Shown here: positions 10,012 to 18,840 of the stretch, piece by piece
Position numbering within the stretch: the first letter of the stretch is position 1
How the letters are laid out: each line of letters opens with the position of its first letter
Position numbers and translations under genes: made by a program
NCBI RefSeq assembly: GCF_003367075.2
Contig: NZ_CP065936.1
Span: forward strand, 3,450,001-3,482,000
Reading direction: 5' to 3'
DNA from: Cylindrospermopsis raciborskii Cr2010
GTDB taxonomy: Bacteria > Cyanobacteriota > Cyanobacteriia > Cyanobacteriales > Nostocaceae
DNA: 32,000 nt
The notes under the pieces: model-generated
Told to the model about the DNA's origin: nothing
Databases searched by the model: none
The model's input: only the letters and a program-made list of their open reading frames with translations

Positions 10012-11091
10012 TTAAAAATGTAGAGCACCTATCTCATGACGAATAATTGCCATATCCCAGGGAATTTGCAAACTACTGCTATGGGGGGAGTTTAGCCCTA
10101 ATGCCTGTAGATCTGCTTCTACCATCAAAGCTACCAACTGCTCAAAGGTAACTGAGGGTTGCCAAGACAATTTTTGTCTAGCTTTGGTGGAATCACCAAT
10201 TAATAGGTCTACTTCTGCTGGTCTTAAATACCGTTGATCAAATTCAACATAATCCTCCCACTTGAGATTCACATAACTAAATGCCAAATCTAAAAATTCC
10301 CTCACTGAGTGGGTTTCACCAGTAGCAATTACATAATCATCTGGCTGTTCTTTTTGTAACATTAACCACATAGCTCGCACATAATCTTTAGCATATCCCC
10401 AATCCCGTTTGGCATCTAAATTGCCCATATATAATTTGTTTTGCTTACCAGCTACAATACGGGATACAGCTCTAGTAATTTTGCGAGTTACAAAGGTTTC
10501 CCCACGTCTGGGAGATTCGTGATTAAATAAAATACCATTACAGGCAAATAAGCCATAGGATTCTCGATAGTTGATAGTTTGCCAGTGGGCATAAACTTTA
10601 GCGCAGGCGTAGGGACTACGGGGATAAAAGGGTGTAGTTTCACTTTGAGGCACAGCCTGTACTAGACCATACATTTCTGAAGAACCAGCTTGATAGAAAC
10701 GAACTTGAATCCCTGTGCGATTTTGGTAGTCACGAACAGCTTCTAAGAGACGTAGGGTTCCCATAGCTACGGAATCAACCGTATATTCTGGGGAATCAAA
10801 GCTAACCCTCACATGGGACTGGGCACCCAAATTATAGATTTCAACTGGTTTTACCTCTTCTAAAATTCGACGTAGGGTAGTACCATCGGTAAGATCACCA
10901 TAGTGCAAGAAGAACCTTGCACCTTGTTGATGGGGATCTTCGTAAATGTGATCAATACGATCCGTGTTAAATGTGGAGGTGCGACGAATTATGCCATGAA
11001 CTTCATAACCTTTTTCTAACAAAAATTCACTCAAGTATGAACCGTCTTGACCAGTAATACCAGTGATTAAAGCTTTTTTGATTCGATTCAC
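10012..11091 (-). CDS. gmd: GDP-mannose 4,6-dehydratase
   Basis: [39 protein letters not shown] and [19 protein letters not shown] are hallmark Gmd segments. Confidence 0.93.
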   Translation of the reverse strand: MNRIKKALITGITGQDGSYLSEFLLEKGYEVHGIIRRTSTFNTDRIDHIYEDPHQQGARFFLHYGDLTDGTTLRRILEEVKPVEIYNLGAQSHVRVSFDSPEYTVDSVAMGTLRLLEAVRDYQNRTGIQVRFYQAGSSEMYGLVQAVPQSETTPFYPRSPYACAKVYAHWQTINYRESYGLFACNGILFNHESPRRGETFVTRKITRAVSRIVAGKQNKLYMGNLDAKRDWGYAKDYVRAMWLMLQKEQPDDYVIATGETHSVREFLDLAFSYVNLKWEDYVEFDQRYLRPAEVDLLIGDSTKARQKLSWQPSVTFEQLVALMVEADLQALGLNSPHSSSLQIPWDMAIIRHEIGALHF

Positions 11092-11171
11092 GCCAAACTT
11101 TTCCTTTTAAAGTTATAGTATTAGCCAGAATACCATGTAGGTGGTTAGTTTCTTACCATTTCAACTAGTTC

Positions 11172-11212
11172 AACCTGATTAGTAAGTGGGAAAAAACCCA
11201 CTGAATCAGGTT
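11172..11212 (-). other. stem-loop between the sugar transferase and gmd genes (possible attenuator or processing site)
   Basis: AACCTGATT..(AGTA bulge)..AGTGGG, loop AAAAAA, then CCCACT..GAATCAGGTT. The two stem segments are 9 and 6 bp. It lies 18 nt downstream of the sugar-transferase stop. No U-tract follows, so it is not a canonical terminator. Confidence 0.3.
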
Positions 11213-11229
11213 AAATAACCGAAAGTTTC

Positions 11230-11988
11230 TTAGTATGCTCCGTTGTTCTTGGGAATAATGACTATATTAATAGTTTTGAGAATAATCCATAGATCCAGTA
11301 AAAAGCTCCTATATCTAACATAGTGTAGATCTATTTGTACTCTTTTAGGATAAGGTATGTCATTACGCCCGGAGACTTGCCACAATCCGGTTATTCCCGG
11401 ACGGATAGTTAAAACCTGATCAATGTGAGACCCGTATTTTTGCAGTTCCTTAACTACTAGGGGACGGGGACCAACTACGCTCATATCTCCCTTTAATACG
11501 TTCCAAAATTGAGGAAATTCATCCAGACTAGTAATTCTCAAGAAATGACCAACTTTGGTAATACGAGGATCATCTTTAAGTTTAAAAGTGCTGTTAAACT
11601 CATCACGCATTTCTGGACAAGTTTCCATCATCTGTGCCAGTATTTCATCTGCATTTGTCACCATAGTACGAAACTTGATGCAATTAAAGACACGATAATT
11701 TTTTCCAACTCGTTCTTGAAGGTAGAATATAGGGCCTTCAGAACTGAGAGCAATCAGTAAAGCCAGAACTATATAGACAGGGAAAAACAGGATCAAAACC
11801 AATAGTGAAAAAGTGATATCAAACAATCGTTTGGTAAGCTCTCCGTTTAAACCCTCAAAGTTCAAGCCCCTAGGTTTAATCCTGGGAGGTTGAGGTTTTT
11901 GACCGCGTTTTTTGGAAGTATGCGTCGAAGTACTGGCATCTTTACGCGGGTAACGCTTATCGGAGAGGAGTGAGCTCTGGGCAGTCAT
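11230..11988 (-). CDS. polyprenyl-phosphate hexose-1-phosphate transferase (bacterial sugar transferase, WbaP/EpsL-like priming enzyme)
   Basis: One N-terminal TM segment, then PRITKVGHFLRITSLDEFPQFWNVLKGDMSVVGPRP and RPGITGLWQVSGR. Start trimmed to the ATG at 11988, which is preceded by AAGGAG. Confidence 0.85.
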   Translation of the reverse strand: MTAQSSLLSDKRYPRKDASTSTHTSKKRGQKPQPPRIKPRGLNFEGLNGELTKRLFDITFSLLVLILFFPVYIVLALLIALSSEGPIFYLQERVGKNYRVFNCIKFRTMVTNADEILAQMMETCPEMRDEFNSTFKLKDDPRITKVGHFLRITSLDEFPQFWNVLKGDMSVVGPRPLVVKELQKYGSHIDQVLTIRPGITGLWQVSGRNDIPYPKRVQIDLHYVRYRSFLLDLWIILKTINIVIIPKNNGAY

Positions 11989-12116
11989 TATACTCCTTAA
12001 TAATCCACACCACACACAGTCCCGATCTTAAAGCTAAAAGACACTTATTTCCGAGACAATTCTCAAAAACATTCTTGAAAATTGGAAAAATAACTGTACG
12101 AGTTGCGGATATGATT

Positions 12117-13286
12117 TTATGAGTGGTGTTGCTTTTGACAAGAATCTAGAAAATCTAGATAATCATTAGCAAAAACCTGGGAAGAAAATCCTTCCGCGTG
12201 GGATCTCAGATACTCATGTTTGAACAGGTCCTCATAGGTTTCAAAGTTTTGCACGGCCTCCACTAAAGACGCTATGGTTTGCTGTTTAAAGAATATACCT
12301 GTTCCGGTTTTAATACAAGTACGAATATCCCTAACTGTTTCCAAAGCTCCCCCTGCACCGTATGCAATTACTGGAGTACCACAAGCTTGGGCCTCAACTA
12401 AAGCAATACCAAAATCCTCACAAGCTGCATATACAAAAGCTTTTGCACGTGCCATGTATGATTTCACTACTGTTTCCGATTGCCATCCCAAGATCTGAAT
12501 ATGGGGACGGGCGATCGCCTGTAGATGTTCCTTTTGGGGACCATTGCCAATGACGACTAGTGGGCGTTGTAGTTGATTAAAGGCCTGAACAATTAAAGAT
12601 ACTTGTTTATAGCTAACTAATCGGCTAACTATGAGGTAGAAATCTTCTTTTTGGGAACTAAAGGGGCAATTTTCAGTGTTAACTGGTGGATAGATGACTT
12701 TGGCTTGACGACGATAGCACCGCCAAATCCTTTTGGCAGTGTGTTGAGAGTTGGCAATGAAGTAATCCACTCGGTTAGCACTGACCACGTCCCACTGTCT
12801 CAATCCATGTAGTAGATATTTAGTTACCCATCCCAAAACTCCTTTACCGACTTTGCTCTGAGCTAGGTAATCAAAGGTTAGATCCCAAGCATAACGCATT
12901 GGACTATGACAATAACAAACGTGTAACTGGTTAGGAGTGGTTAGAATCCCTTTAGCTACTGCATGGGATGATGACAAAATAATTTCATATTCTCGCAAGT
13001 CTAGTTGCTCTATAGCTAGTGGTAATAAAGGCAAATACTTTTGTACACCTTGATAAGCAAATGGCAAGCGTTGTAAAAAAGTCGTGCCAACTCGACGCTT
13101 ATAAAGATAGCTTTCAGGATTACTTGATTCAAAATCTATTAAGGCATATAAATCAGCATCCACTAGATTTAATATTTCCCGGACTACTAGTTCTGAACCC
13201 CCAGTAGCTTTGGGTGTTAGCCACTCGTGAACCATAGCATATTTTTTAGTTGTGGACACAGTGATTAGCCCCATTACGAATAACAT
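12117..13286 (-). CDS. glycosyltransferase family 4 (GT-B fold)
   Basis: N-terminal YAMVHEWLTPKATGGSE and the C-terminal E-X7-E region EDFGIALVEAQACGTPVIAYGAGGALETV. The start is uncertain: ATGs at 13286, 13274 and 13235 are all possible. The ORF-track start at 13337 is unlikely. Confidence 0.8.
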   Translation of the reverse strand: MLFVMGLITVSTTKKYAMVHEWLTPKATGGSELVVREILNLVDADLYALIDFESSNPESYLYKRRVGTTFLQRLPFAYQGVQKYLPLLPLAIEQLDLREYEIILSSSHAVAKGILTTPNQLHVCYCHSPMRYAWDLTFDYLAQSKVGKGVLGWVTKYLLHGLRQWDVVSANRVDYFIANSQHTAKRIWRCYRRQAKVIYPPVNTENCPFSSQKEDFYLIVSRLVSYKQVSLIVQAFNQLQRPLVVIGNGPQKEHLQAIARPHIQILGWQSETVVKSYMARAKAFVYAACEDFGIALVEAQACGTPVIAYGAGGALETVRDIRTCIKTGTGIFFKQQTIASLVEAVQNFETYEDLFKHEYLRSHAEGFSSQVFANDYLDFLDSCQKQHHS

Positions 13287-13384
13287 TATTGAACCATAAC
13301 TGCATTCCCCTTGGGTCATTCTCTGTGATACTCTCAATTTACAGGCGATTTTTTCTCCTCAAGTTTGTCAGATATGGTGATTTT

Positions 13385-14308
13385 ATGCGTATTCTGGTTA
13401 TTGGTGGAACTCGGTTCATTGGTGTCTATTTAACTCAATTGCTCATTAAGGCTGGACACGAAGTAGTATTGTTTAATCGTGGCAATTATCCTGCACCGGA
13501 CGGTGTGGGTCAAATTATTGGCGATCGCACGGATCCTAGTCAGTTGTCTAAGCTATCCCAGGAGAGTTTTGATGTCATTTTTGACAATAATGGTCGAGAA
13601 CTTACTGATACTGAACCTTTGGCAAAAATGTTCCAGGGAAGGGTTAAACAGTTTGTTTATATGAGTTCAGCTGGAGTGTATCTTAAATCCGATCAATTGC
13701 CCCATGTAGAAGGGGATACTATTGATCCTAAAAGTCGTCATCGTGGTAAACATGAAACTGAGTCCTTCTTGCAACAGTTAGGAATTCCTTTTACTTCCAT
13801 TCGTCCCACTTATATTTACGGACCGAAAAATTATAATCCCCTGGAAAGTTGGTTCTTTGACCGCATAGTGCGCGATCGCCCTATTCCCATTCCAGGTAAC
13901 GGGTTACATATTACCCAATTAGGTCATGTTCAAGATTTAGCTCAGGCAATGTTACAGGTAATTGGTAACGAAACAGCCATTGGTAAGATTTATAATGTTT
14001 CAGGCGATCGCTTTGTGACTTTTGATGGTTTAGCTCGCGCTTGTGCTATTGCTGCTGGTAAGTCTGCTGACAGTGTAAAAATTGTCCATTACGACCCTAA
14101 AAAGTTTGATTTTGGTAAGCGTAAGGCTTTTCCCATGCGGGCACAACACTTTTTTGCATCTGTGAATAGAGCGATTACAGAATTAAATTGGCAACCCCAG
14201 TATGATTTAATTTCCGGTTTGCAAGATTCCTTTCAAAATGACTATTTAACCGGTGGTGCAGCTCAAGGGGAAATAGACTTTTCTGTTGACGATGAAATAC
14301 TAGCTTAA
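13385..14308 (+). CDS. NAD-dependent epimerase/dehydratase family protein (CSP41-like)
   Basis: Start trimmed to the ATG at 13385 (MRILVIGGTRFIGVYL, GxxGxxG Rossmann motif). The overall pattern resembles cyanobacterial homologues of the chloroplast RNA-binding protein CSP41. Confidence 0.7.
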   Translation: MRILVIGGTRFIGVYLTQLLIKAGHEVVLFNRGNYPAPDGVGQIIGDRTDPSQLSKLSQESFDVIFDNNGRELTDTEPLAKMFQGRVKQFVYMSSAGVYLKSDQLPHVEGDTIDPKSRHRGKHETESFLQQLGIPFTSIRPTYIYGPKNYNPLESWFFDRIVRDRPIPIPGNGLHITQLGHVQDLAQAMLQVIGNETAIGKIYNVSGDRFVTFDGLARACAIAAGKSADSVKIVHYDPKKFDFGKRKAFPMRAQHFFASVNRAITELNWQPQYDLISGLQDSFQNDYLTGGAAQGEIDFSVDDEILA

Positions 14309-14345
14309 AGATGCTAGCATGAGGATTTGAATATTGGAGAAATCC

Positions 14346-14669
14346 ATGCCCACCTCTTTGCACACAACCCCTTATCTCATGGCCCAGACTTTTCATGCTT
14401 TATCCGATCCTATTAGGATTAGTGTAATAGAGCTGTTGCGCCATCGAGAACTTTGTGTGTGTGACTTGTCTAATGCTTTAGGTATTAGTCAGTCTAAACT
14501 TTCTTTTCATCTAAAGATTCTTAAACAGACAGGTCTGGTTGTAAATCGCCAAGAAGGACGCTGGATATACTACAGTTTAAATTTGTACCAATTTCAGATT
14601 CTAGAGCAGTATTTACAAGATATTCGGGTCAACTCCCCCGTTTTACCCCTTACCTCCTTTTGTGGGTAA
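14346..14669 (+). CDS. arsR: ArsR/SmtB-family metalloid-responsive repressor
   Basis: Winged-HTH core FHALSDPIRISVIELLRHRELCVCDLSNALGISQSKLSFHLKILKQTGLV. ELCVCDL is the classical As(III)-binding site of R773-type ArsR, though here the third Cys is Ser. ATG at 14346 preferred over the TTG at 14334. Confidence 0.85.
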   Translation: MPTSLHTTPYLMAQTFHALSDPIRISVIELLRHRELCVCDLSNALGISQSKLSFHLKILKQTGLVVNRQEGRWIYYSLNLYQFQILEQYLQDIRVNSPVLPLTSFCG

Positions 14670-15032
14670 ATGAGTAAATAAATAGACGATACTTATAGGT
14701 TTTGCTTAGCATTAGCATTAATTAAGCATGAACCGTTCCCAGAAAAAAGTAAATTGAACATTAAATCTTAGCAAAGTTTATTCATAGAGGAAAGTTTCTA
14801 GGTGTAGACTTATGATAGGGGATGAACCAGAGCGCCTCCCAAACATCACCTTTAACCATAAACCATAACATTTTTTGATTTTGTGCCCTACAAGCAAATT
14901 CCCAGAACAAAGTTTTTAAAAAATAATTAAAAGTCGAATATAGCCACCCTATATTGGGTCTGAAATAGCGAAATTTTCCGTGGATGATGCGTAAATCCTG
15001 TCTTCAAATCGAGAAAGATTAAGAGGTAAATT

Positions 15033-16625
15033 ATGCGGATCATGATGATTCAACCCAATTACCATTCTGGTGGTGCGGAAATTGCGGGTAATTGGCCACC
15101 TAGTTGGGTTCCCTATGTAGGAGGAGCATTAAAAAATGCCGGGTTTACTAACATTCAGTTTGTGGATGCCATGACCGACTATATCACTGATGATGCTCTA
15201 GCACAAATCATTCGAGATTATCAGCCAGATATTGTATTGGCAACAGCCATTACACCCATGATTTACCAGTCACAAACTACCCTACAAATTGTTAAACAAA
15301 TCCTTCCTCAAGCCAAAACAATTATGGGTGGAGTTCACCCCACCTATATGTACAACGAAGTTCTCCAGGAAGCTCCCTGGGTAGATTATATTATCCGTGG
15401 AGAAGGAGAAGAAATTACAGTTAATTTAGTACAGGCGATCGCTCAAGGTAGTGATGAAAAAGACCGTCGTCATATCTTAGGAATTGCCTTTTTAGAAAAT
15501 GGGGAGGTAGTAGCCACTCCAGCACATCCACCCATTAGTGATTTAGATACCCTGACCCCAGATTGGGACTTATTAGATTGGAGTAAATATATCTACACTC
15601 CTTTGAACGTGCGAGTAGCTGTTCCCAACTATGCCAGAGGTTGTCCATTTACTTGCCGTTTTTGTTCCCAGTGGGCATTCTGGCGGAAATATCGTTCTAG
15701 TAGTCCTAAAAAATTCGTGGACCAAATTGAACTTTTGGTAAAAAAATATCAGGTAGGATTTTTCATTTTAGCCGATGAAGAACCAACCATTAACAAACCA
15801 AAATTTCTAGATTTATGTCATGAGTTAATAGCCAGAAATTTAGGTGTGCACTGGGGAATCAACACCAGAGTTACAGACATATTGAGAGACGAAGCAGATT
15901 TACCTCTTTACCGTCAAGCTGGCTTAGTTCATGTTTCCTTGGGTACGGAAGCTGCTGCACAATTAAAGTTAAATCTGTTCCGCAAAGAAACCACAATTGA
16001 ACAAAATAAACGGGCAATTCAATTATTACAGCAAAATGGCATGGTTGCTGAAGCCCAGTTTATTATGGGACTGGAAAACGAAACCCCAGAAACCATTGAA
16101 GAAACCTATAAAATGGCTTTGGACTGGAAAGCTGACATGGTAAACTGGAACATGTTTACCCCCTGGCCATTTTCTGAATTATTTCAGGATTTGGGAGACC
16201 GTGTGGAAGTTCGAGATTATTCCCAATATAACTTCGTCACTCCTATCATGAAACCGGATGCTATGGAGCGAGAAGATGTTCTCAAAGGAGTGCTTAAGAA
16301 CTATGCCCGCTTTTACCTCCGCAAGACCTTTGAATATTGGTTTGTGAAGGATTCCTTTAAGCGTAAATATCTTTTAGGCTGTTTAGGAGCTTTTGTAAAA
16401 ACCACCCTAAACAAACGTTTTTACAATCTCAAACGGGTCAAATATAAAGGTTTAAGCACCGAAATTGAACTAGGATTTGACCAGTCCAAAATTCTTACCC
16501 GTGAACAAATAGCCCAGCGTAAACAAGAGCATCCCGAATTGATGGCAGATGTGAACTTTACTGGTAACATTTCCGCATGTGGTGCGCCTAATGATTTGCC
16601 TGAACTGGAGGATTTGACATCTTAA
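15033..16625 (+). CDS. B12-binding (class B) radical-SAM enzyme, BchE/ChlE-like (anaerobic Mg-protoporphyrin IX monomethyl ester cyclase family)
   Basis: CX3CX2C cluster motif CPFTCRFC. N-terminal cobalamin-binding-type domain. The N-terminus MRIMMIQPNYHSGGAEIAGNWPPSW and the block GINTRVTD...GLVHVSLGTEAAAQLKL...YSQYNFVTPIMKP match my memory of BchE (TIGR02026-type) sequences. AAGAGG lies 7 nt upstream of the ATG. Confidence 0.75.
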   Translation: MRIMMIQPNYHSGGAEIAGNWPPSWVPYVGGALKNAGFTNIQFVDAMTDYITDDALAQIIRDYQPDIVLATAITPMIYQSQTTLQIVKQILPQAKTIMGGVHPTYMYNEVLQEAPWVDYIIRGEGEEITVNLVQAIAQGSDEKDRRHILGIAFLENGEVVATPAHPPISDLDTLTPDWDLLDWSKYIYTPLNVRVAVPNYARGCPFTCRFCSQWAFWRKYRSSSPKKFVDQIELLVKKYQVGFFILADEEPTINKPKFLDLCHELIARNLGVHWGINTRVTDILRDEADLPLYRQAGLVHVSLGTEAAAQLKLNLFRKETTIEQNKRAIQLLQQNGMVAEAQFIMGLENETPETIEETYKMALDWKADMVNWNMFTPWPFSELFQDLGDRVEVRDYSQYNFVTPIMKPDAMEREDVLKGVLKNYARFYLRKTFEYWFVKDSFKRKYLLGCLGAFVKTTLNKRFYNLKRVKYKGLSTEIELGFDQSKILTREQIAQRKQEHPELMADVNFTGNISACGAPNDLPELEDLTS

Positions 16626-16690
16626 CCTGAAAGGGAAATGGGGAATATTAAATTGTTATGGTTAATTTTTGTATATTTTTCCCTTTACAT

Positions 16691-16706
16691 AATTGACATA
16701 TCAATT
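16691..16706 (+). promoter_or_regulatory. perfect 6-4-6 palindrome overlapping a consensus -35 hexamer upstream of pstS-like/gap/arsJ (candidate ArsR operator)
   Basis: AATTGA-CATA-TCAATT spans 16691-16706. TTGACA at 16693-16698 is a consensus -35, and a possible -10 AATGAT lies at 16715-16720 (16-nt spacer). The site is 56 nt upstream of the GTG at 16762. Confidence 0.3.
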
Positions 16707-16761
16707 TTTTTTGAAATGATGAATACATACTATCCAGTAGAACCATATTTAGGATAAACCA

Positions 16762-17808
16762 GTGAAAGCAACCGCAGTAAGATTATTGATCACAGTGGGA
16801 ATGTTAACATTGGCCACCAGTTGCACCGCTGATGTGAACAAAAACAGTTCAGTAGAAGCAACAAAAGATGTTAACTCTCAGATAGCACGTAAAATCAAAA
16901 TAGACGGATCCAGCACTGTATATCCGATTACCCAGGCTATAGTTAAAGAGTTTACTAAGGATGGGAAAAATTCCAGTTCAGTAGAAGTAAGTGTTTCTGG
17001 TACGGGGGGAGGGTTTAAAAAATTCTGCAGTAATGAAATGGACATAAATAATGCTTCCCGACCGATTTCCGCCAAGGAAATGGCAGAGTGTAATAAGAAT
17101 GGTGTCAGATATATAGAAATACCTATTGCATTTGATGCTTTAACTGTTGTAGTGAATCCCCAAAATAACTGGGTTGAGGATATGACAGTTGATGAATTGA
17201 AAAAGACATGGGAACCCCAATCCCAGGGAAAAATTACCAAGTGGAATCAAATACGTGCTTCCTGGCCGGATCGTCCATTAAAATTATATGGACCAGGTAG
17301 GGATTCTGGCACTTACGACTATTTTGTCGAGGCCATTATTGGCAAAGAAAAAGCTAGTCGTAATGATTATACAGCTAGTGAAGACGACAATGTGTTAGTT
17401 GAAGGAGTTAATAAAGATATTGAGGCTTTAAGCTATTTTGGCTATGCCTACTACGAGAAAAATCAAGACAAAGTAAAACTGGTAGCTATTGATAACAAAA
17501 AGGGTCCGGTTTTACCATCCCAGGAAACAGTAGGGAAATCCAGGTATCAACCCCTATCCAGACCCCTATTTATTTATGTGAATTTGTGGTCAGGTGAAAA
17601 GCGATCGAAAATTTATGAGTTTGTGGACTTTTACTTAAAAAAGGCACCAGCAATAGTTAATTCCGTTGGCTCCGTACCTTTACCGGAGGAAGCATACAAA
17701 ATTGGCTATGTACACTTACATAACGGTAAAGCTGGGACGGTATTTGGGGGTAAGTCAGAATTCGATTTAACTATTGGTCAATTATTGCGTAAGCGGAAGG
17801 AATTTTAA
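16762..17808 (+). CDS. PstS-family phosphate (oxyanion)-binding periplasmic lipoprotein, orphan
   Basis: Lipoprotein signal [21 protein letters not shown]. PstS/PhoT-type motifs [28 protein letters not shown] and [13 protein letters not shown] start preceded by AGGA. No pstCAB genes in the window. Confidence 0.8.
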   Translation: MKATAVRLLITVGMLTLATSCTADVNKNSSVEATKDVNSQIARKIKIDGSSTVYPITQAIVKEFTKDGKNSSSVEVSVSGTGGGFKKFCSNEMDINNASRPISAKEMAECNKNGVRYIEIPIAFDALTVVVNPQNNWVEDMTVDELKKTWEPQSQGKITKWNQIRASWPDRPLKLYGPGRDSGTYDYFVEAIIGKEKASRNDYTASEDDNVLVEGVNKDIEALSYFGYAYYEKNQDKVKLVAIDNKKGPVLPSQETVGKSRYQPLSRPLFIYVNLWSGEKRSKIYEFVDFYLKKAPAIVNSVGSVPLPEEAYKIGYVHLHNGKAGTVFGGKSEFDLTIGQLLRKRKEF

Positions 17809-17809
17809 G

Positions 17810-18826
17810 ATGACAGTGAGAGTAGGAATTAATGGGTTTGGGCGCATAGGACGTTTGGTATTGCGTGCTGGGTGGGATTGGTCAGAAATAGAATTTGTGC
17901 ATATAAATGAACTCAAAGGTGGTGTGGAAGCAGCAGCTCATTTACTCAAATTTGATTCCGTACATGGACGTTGGCAAAATGAGGTAGGAACGGGAAAAGA
18001 CCGAATCCTTATTGGTGACAAATCCCTCACCTTTAGTGAATATTCCCAACCGGGGGAAGTTCCGTGGGAAGAATTTGCCGTGGACATTGTTTTAGAATGC
18101 TCAGGAAAATTTAGGACCCTAGAAACTCTCAGTCCCTACTTTCAAAGAGGAGTAGGTAAAGTAATTGTTGCTGCACCCGTAAAAGGGGGAGCTTTAAATA
18201 TTGTGATGGGAGTAAATGATCAGCTTTATAAACCCCAAGAGGATCATATTTTAACAGCTGCTTCTTGTACCACCAACTGTTTAGCACCAGTGGTAAAAGT
18301 TATTCATGAAGGTATAGGAATTAAGCATGGAATTATCACCACAATTCATGATCACACTAACACCCAAACCATAGTTGACGCACCCCATAAAGATTTGCGT
18401 CGTGCTAGAGCTACAGGTATGTCATTGATTCCCACTTCCACCGGTTCAGCTACAGCGATTGGACTAATTTATCCCGAATTAAATGGCAAGTTAAATGGTT
18501 TAGCTGTGCGTGTACCTTTATTAAACGCTTCCCTCACGGATTGTGTATTTGAGGTAGTGCGACCAACCACCATAGAAGAAATTAATGCTTTATTAAAAGC
18601 AGCTTCTGAGGAGGAACCATTAAAAGGAATTTTGGGTTATGAGGAACGTCCTCTAGTTTCCATTGATTATAAGGATGATCCTCGCTCTTCAATTATTGAT
18701 GCACTTTCCACAATGGTTGTCAATGAAACCCAAGTCAAAATCCTGGCTTGGTATGACAATGAATGGGGTTACGCTAATCGGATGGCTGAATTAACTCGGA
18801 AAGTAGCTTTAAGTTGGCATCAGTAA
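17810..18826 (+). CDS. gap: type I glyceraldehyde-3-phosphate dehydrogenase (ArsJ-associated, gap3-type)
   Basis: [11 protein letters not shown] and the catalytic [10 protein letters not shown]. Start trimmed to the ATG at 17810, 1 nt after the pstS-like stop (TAA 17806-17808), with GGAAGGA upstream. Confidence 0.9.
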   Translation: MTVRVGINGFGRIGRLVLRAGWDWSEIEFVHINELKGGVEAAAHLLKFDSVHGRWQNEVGTGKDRILIGDKSLTFSEYSQPGEVPWEEFAVDIVLECSGKFRTLETLSPYFQRGVGKVIVAAPVKGGALNIVMGVNDQLYKPQEDHILTAASCTTNCLAPVVKVIHEGIGIKHGIITTIHDHTNTQTIVDAPHKDLRRARATGMSLIPTSTGSATAIGLIYPELNGKLNGLAVRVPLLNASLTDCVFEVVRPTTIEEINALLKAASEEEPLKGILGYEERPLVSIDYKDDPRSSIIDALSTMVVNETQVKILAWYDNEWGYANRMAELTRKVALSWHQ

Positions 18827-18840
18827 CACAACAAAAATAT

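Noticed and set aside
8412-11091. tRNA-Pro as the integration site of a genomic island carrying the fucose/EPS genes.
   Set aside because: No integrase, no direct repeat of the tRNA 3' end and no mobile-element genes are visible nearby. HIP1 sites occur at 8677 and 8971 in the adjacent 5-FCL gene and again in the GT4 gene (12511), with none in fcl, gmd or the sugar transferase.
1785-13384. Longer N-terminal extensions offered by the ORF track. Affected starts: 1785, 1717, 3973, 5372, 7686, 7964, 12015, 13289, 13337, 14334, 17774, 18814, 30524.
   Set aside because: The extensions begin at GTG, TTG or distant ATG codons and add residues that do not match family N-termini. Several overlap the upstream gene. 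Internal ATGs give canonical N-termini, signal peptides or Rossmann motifs, often with an SD-like sequence.
14670-15032. A cobalamin riboswitch upstream of the B12-dependent radical-SAM gene.
   Set aside because: I looked for a B12-box-like element (a GCCACTG / AGYCMGG-type core) and the usual GGGAA and GGTG...CACC architecture. I found nothing convincing by eye. It cannot be excluded without a covariance-model scan.
16630-16686. AAAGGGAAA...TTTCCCTTT inverted repeat after the radical-SAM gene, considered as a terminator.
   Set aside because: The 9-bp A/T-rich stem encloses a 39-nt loop. That is too weak and too open to call an intrinsic terminator.
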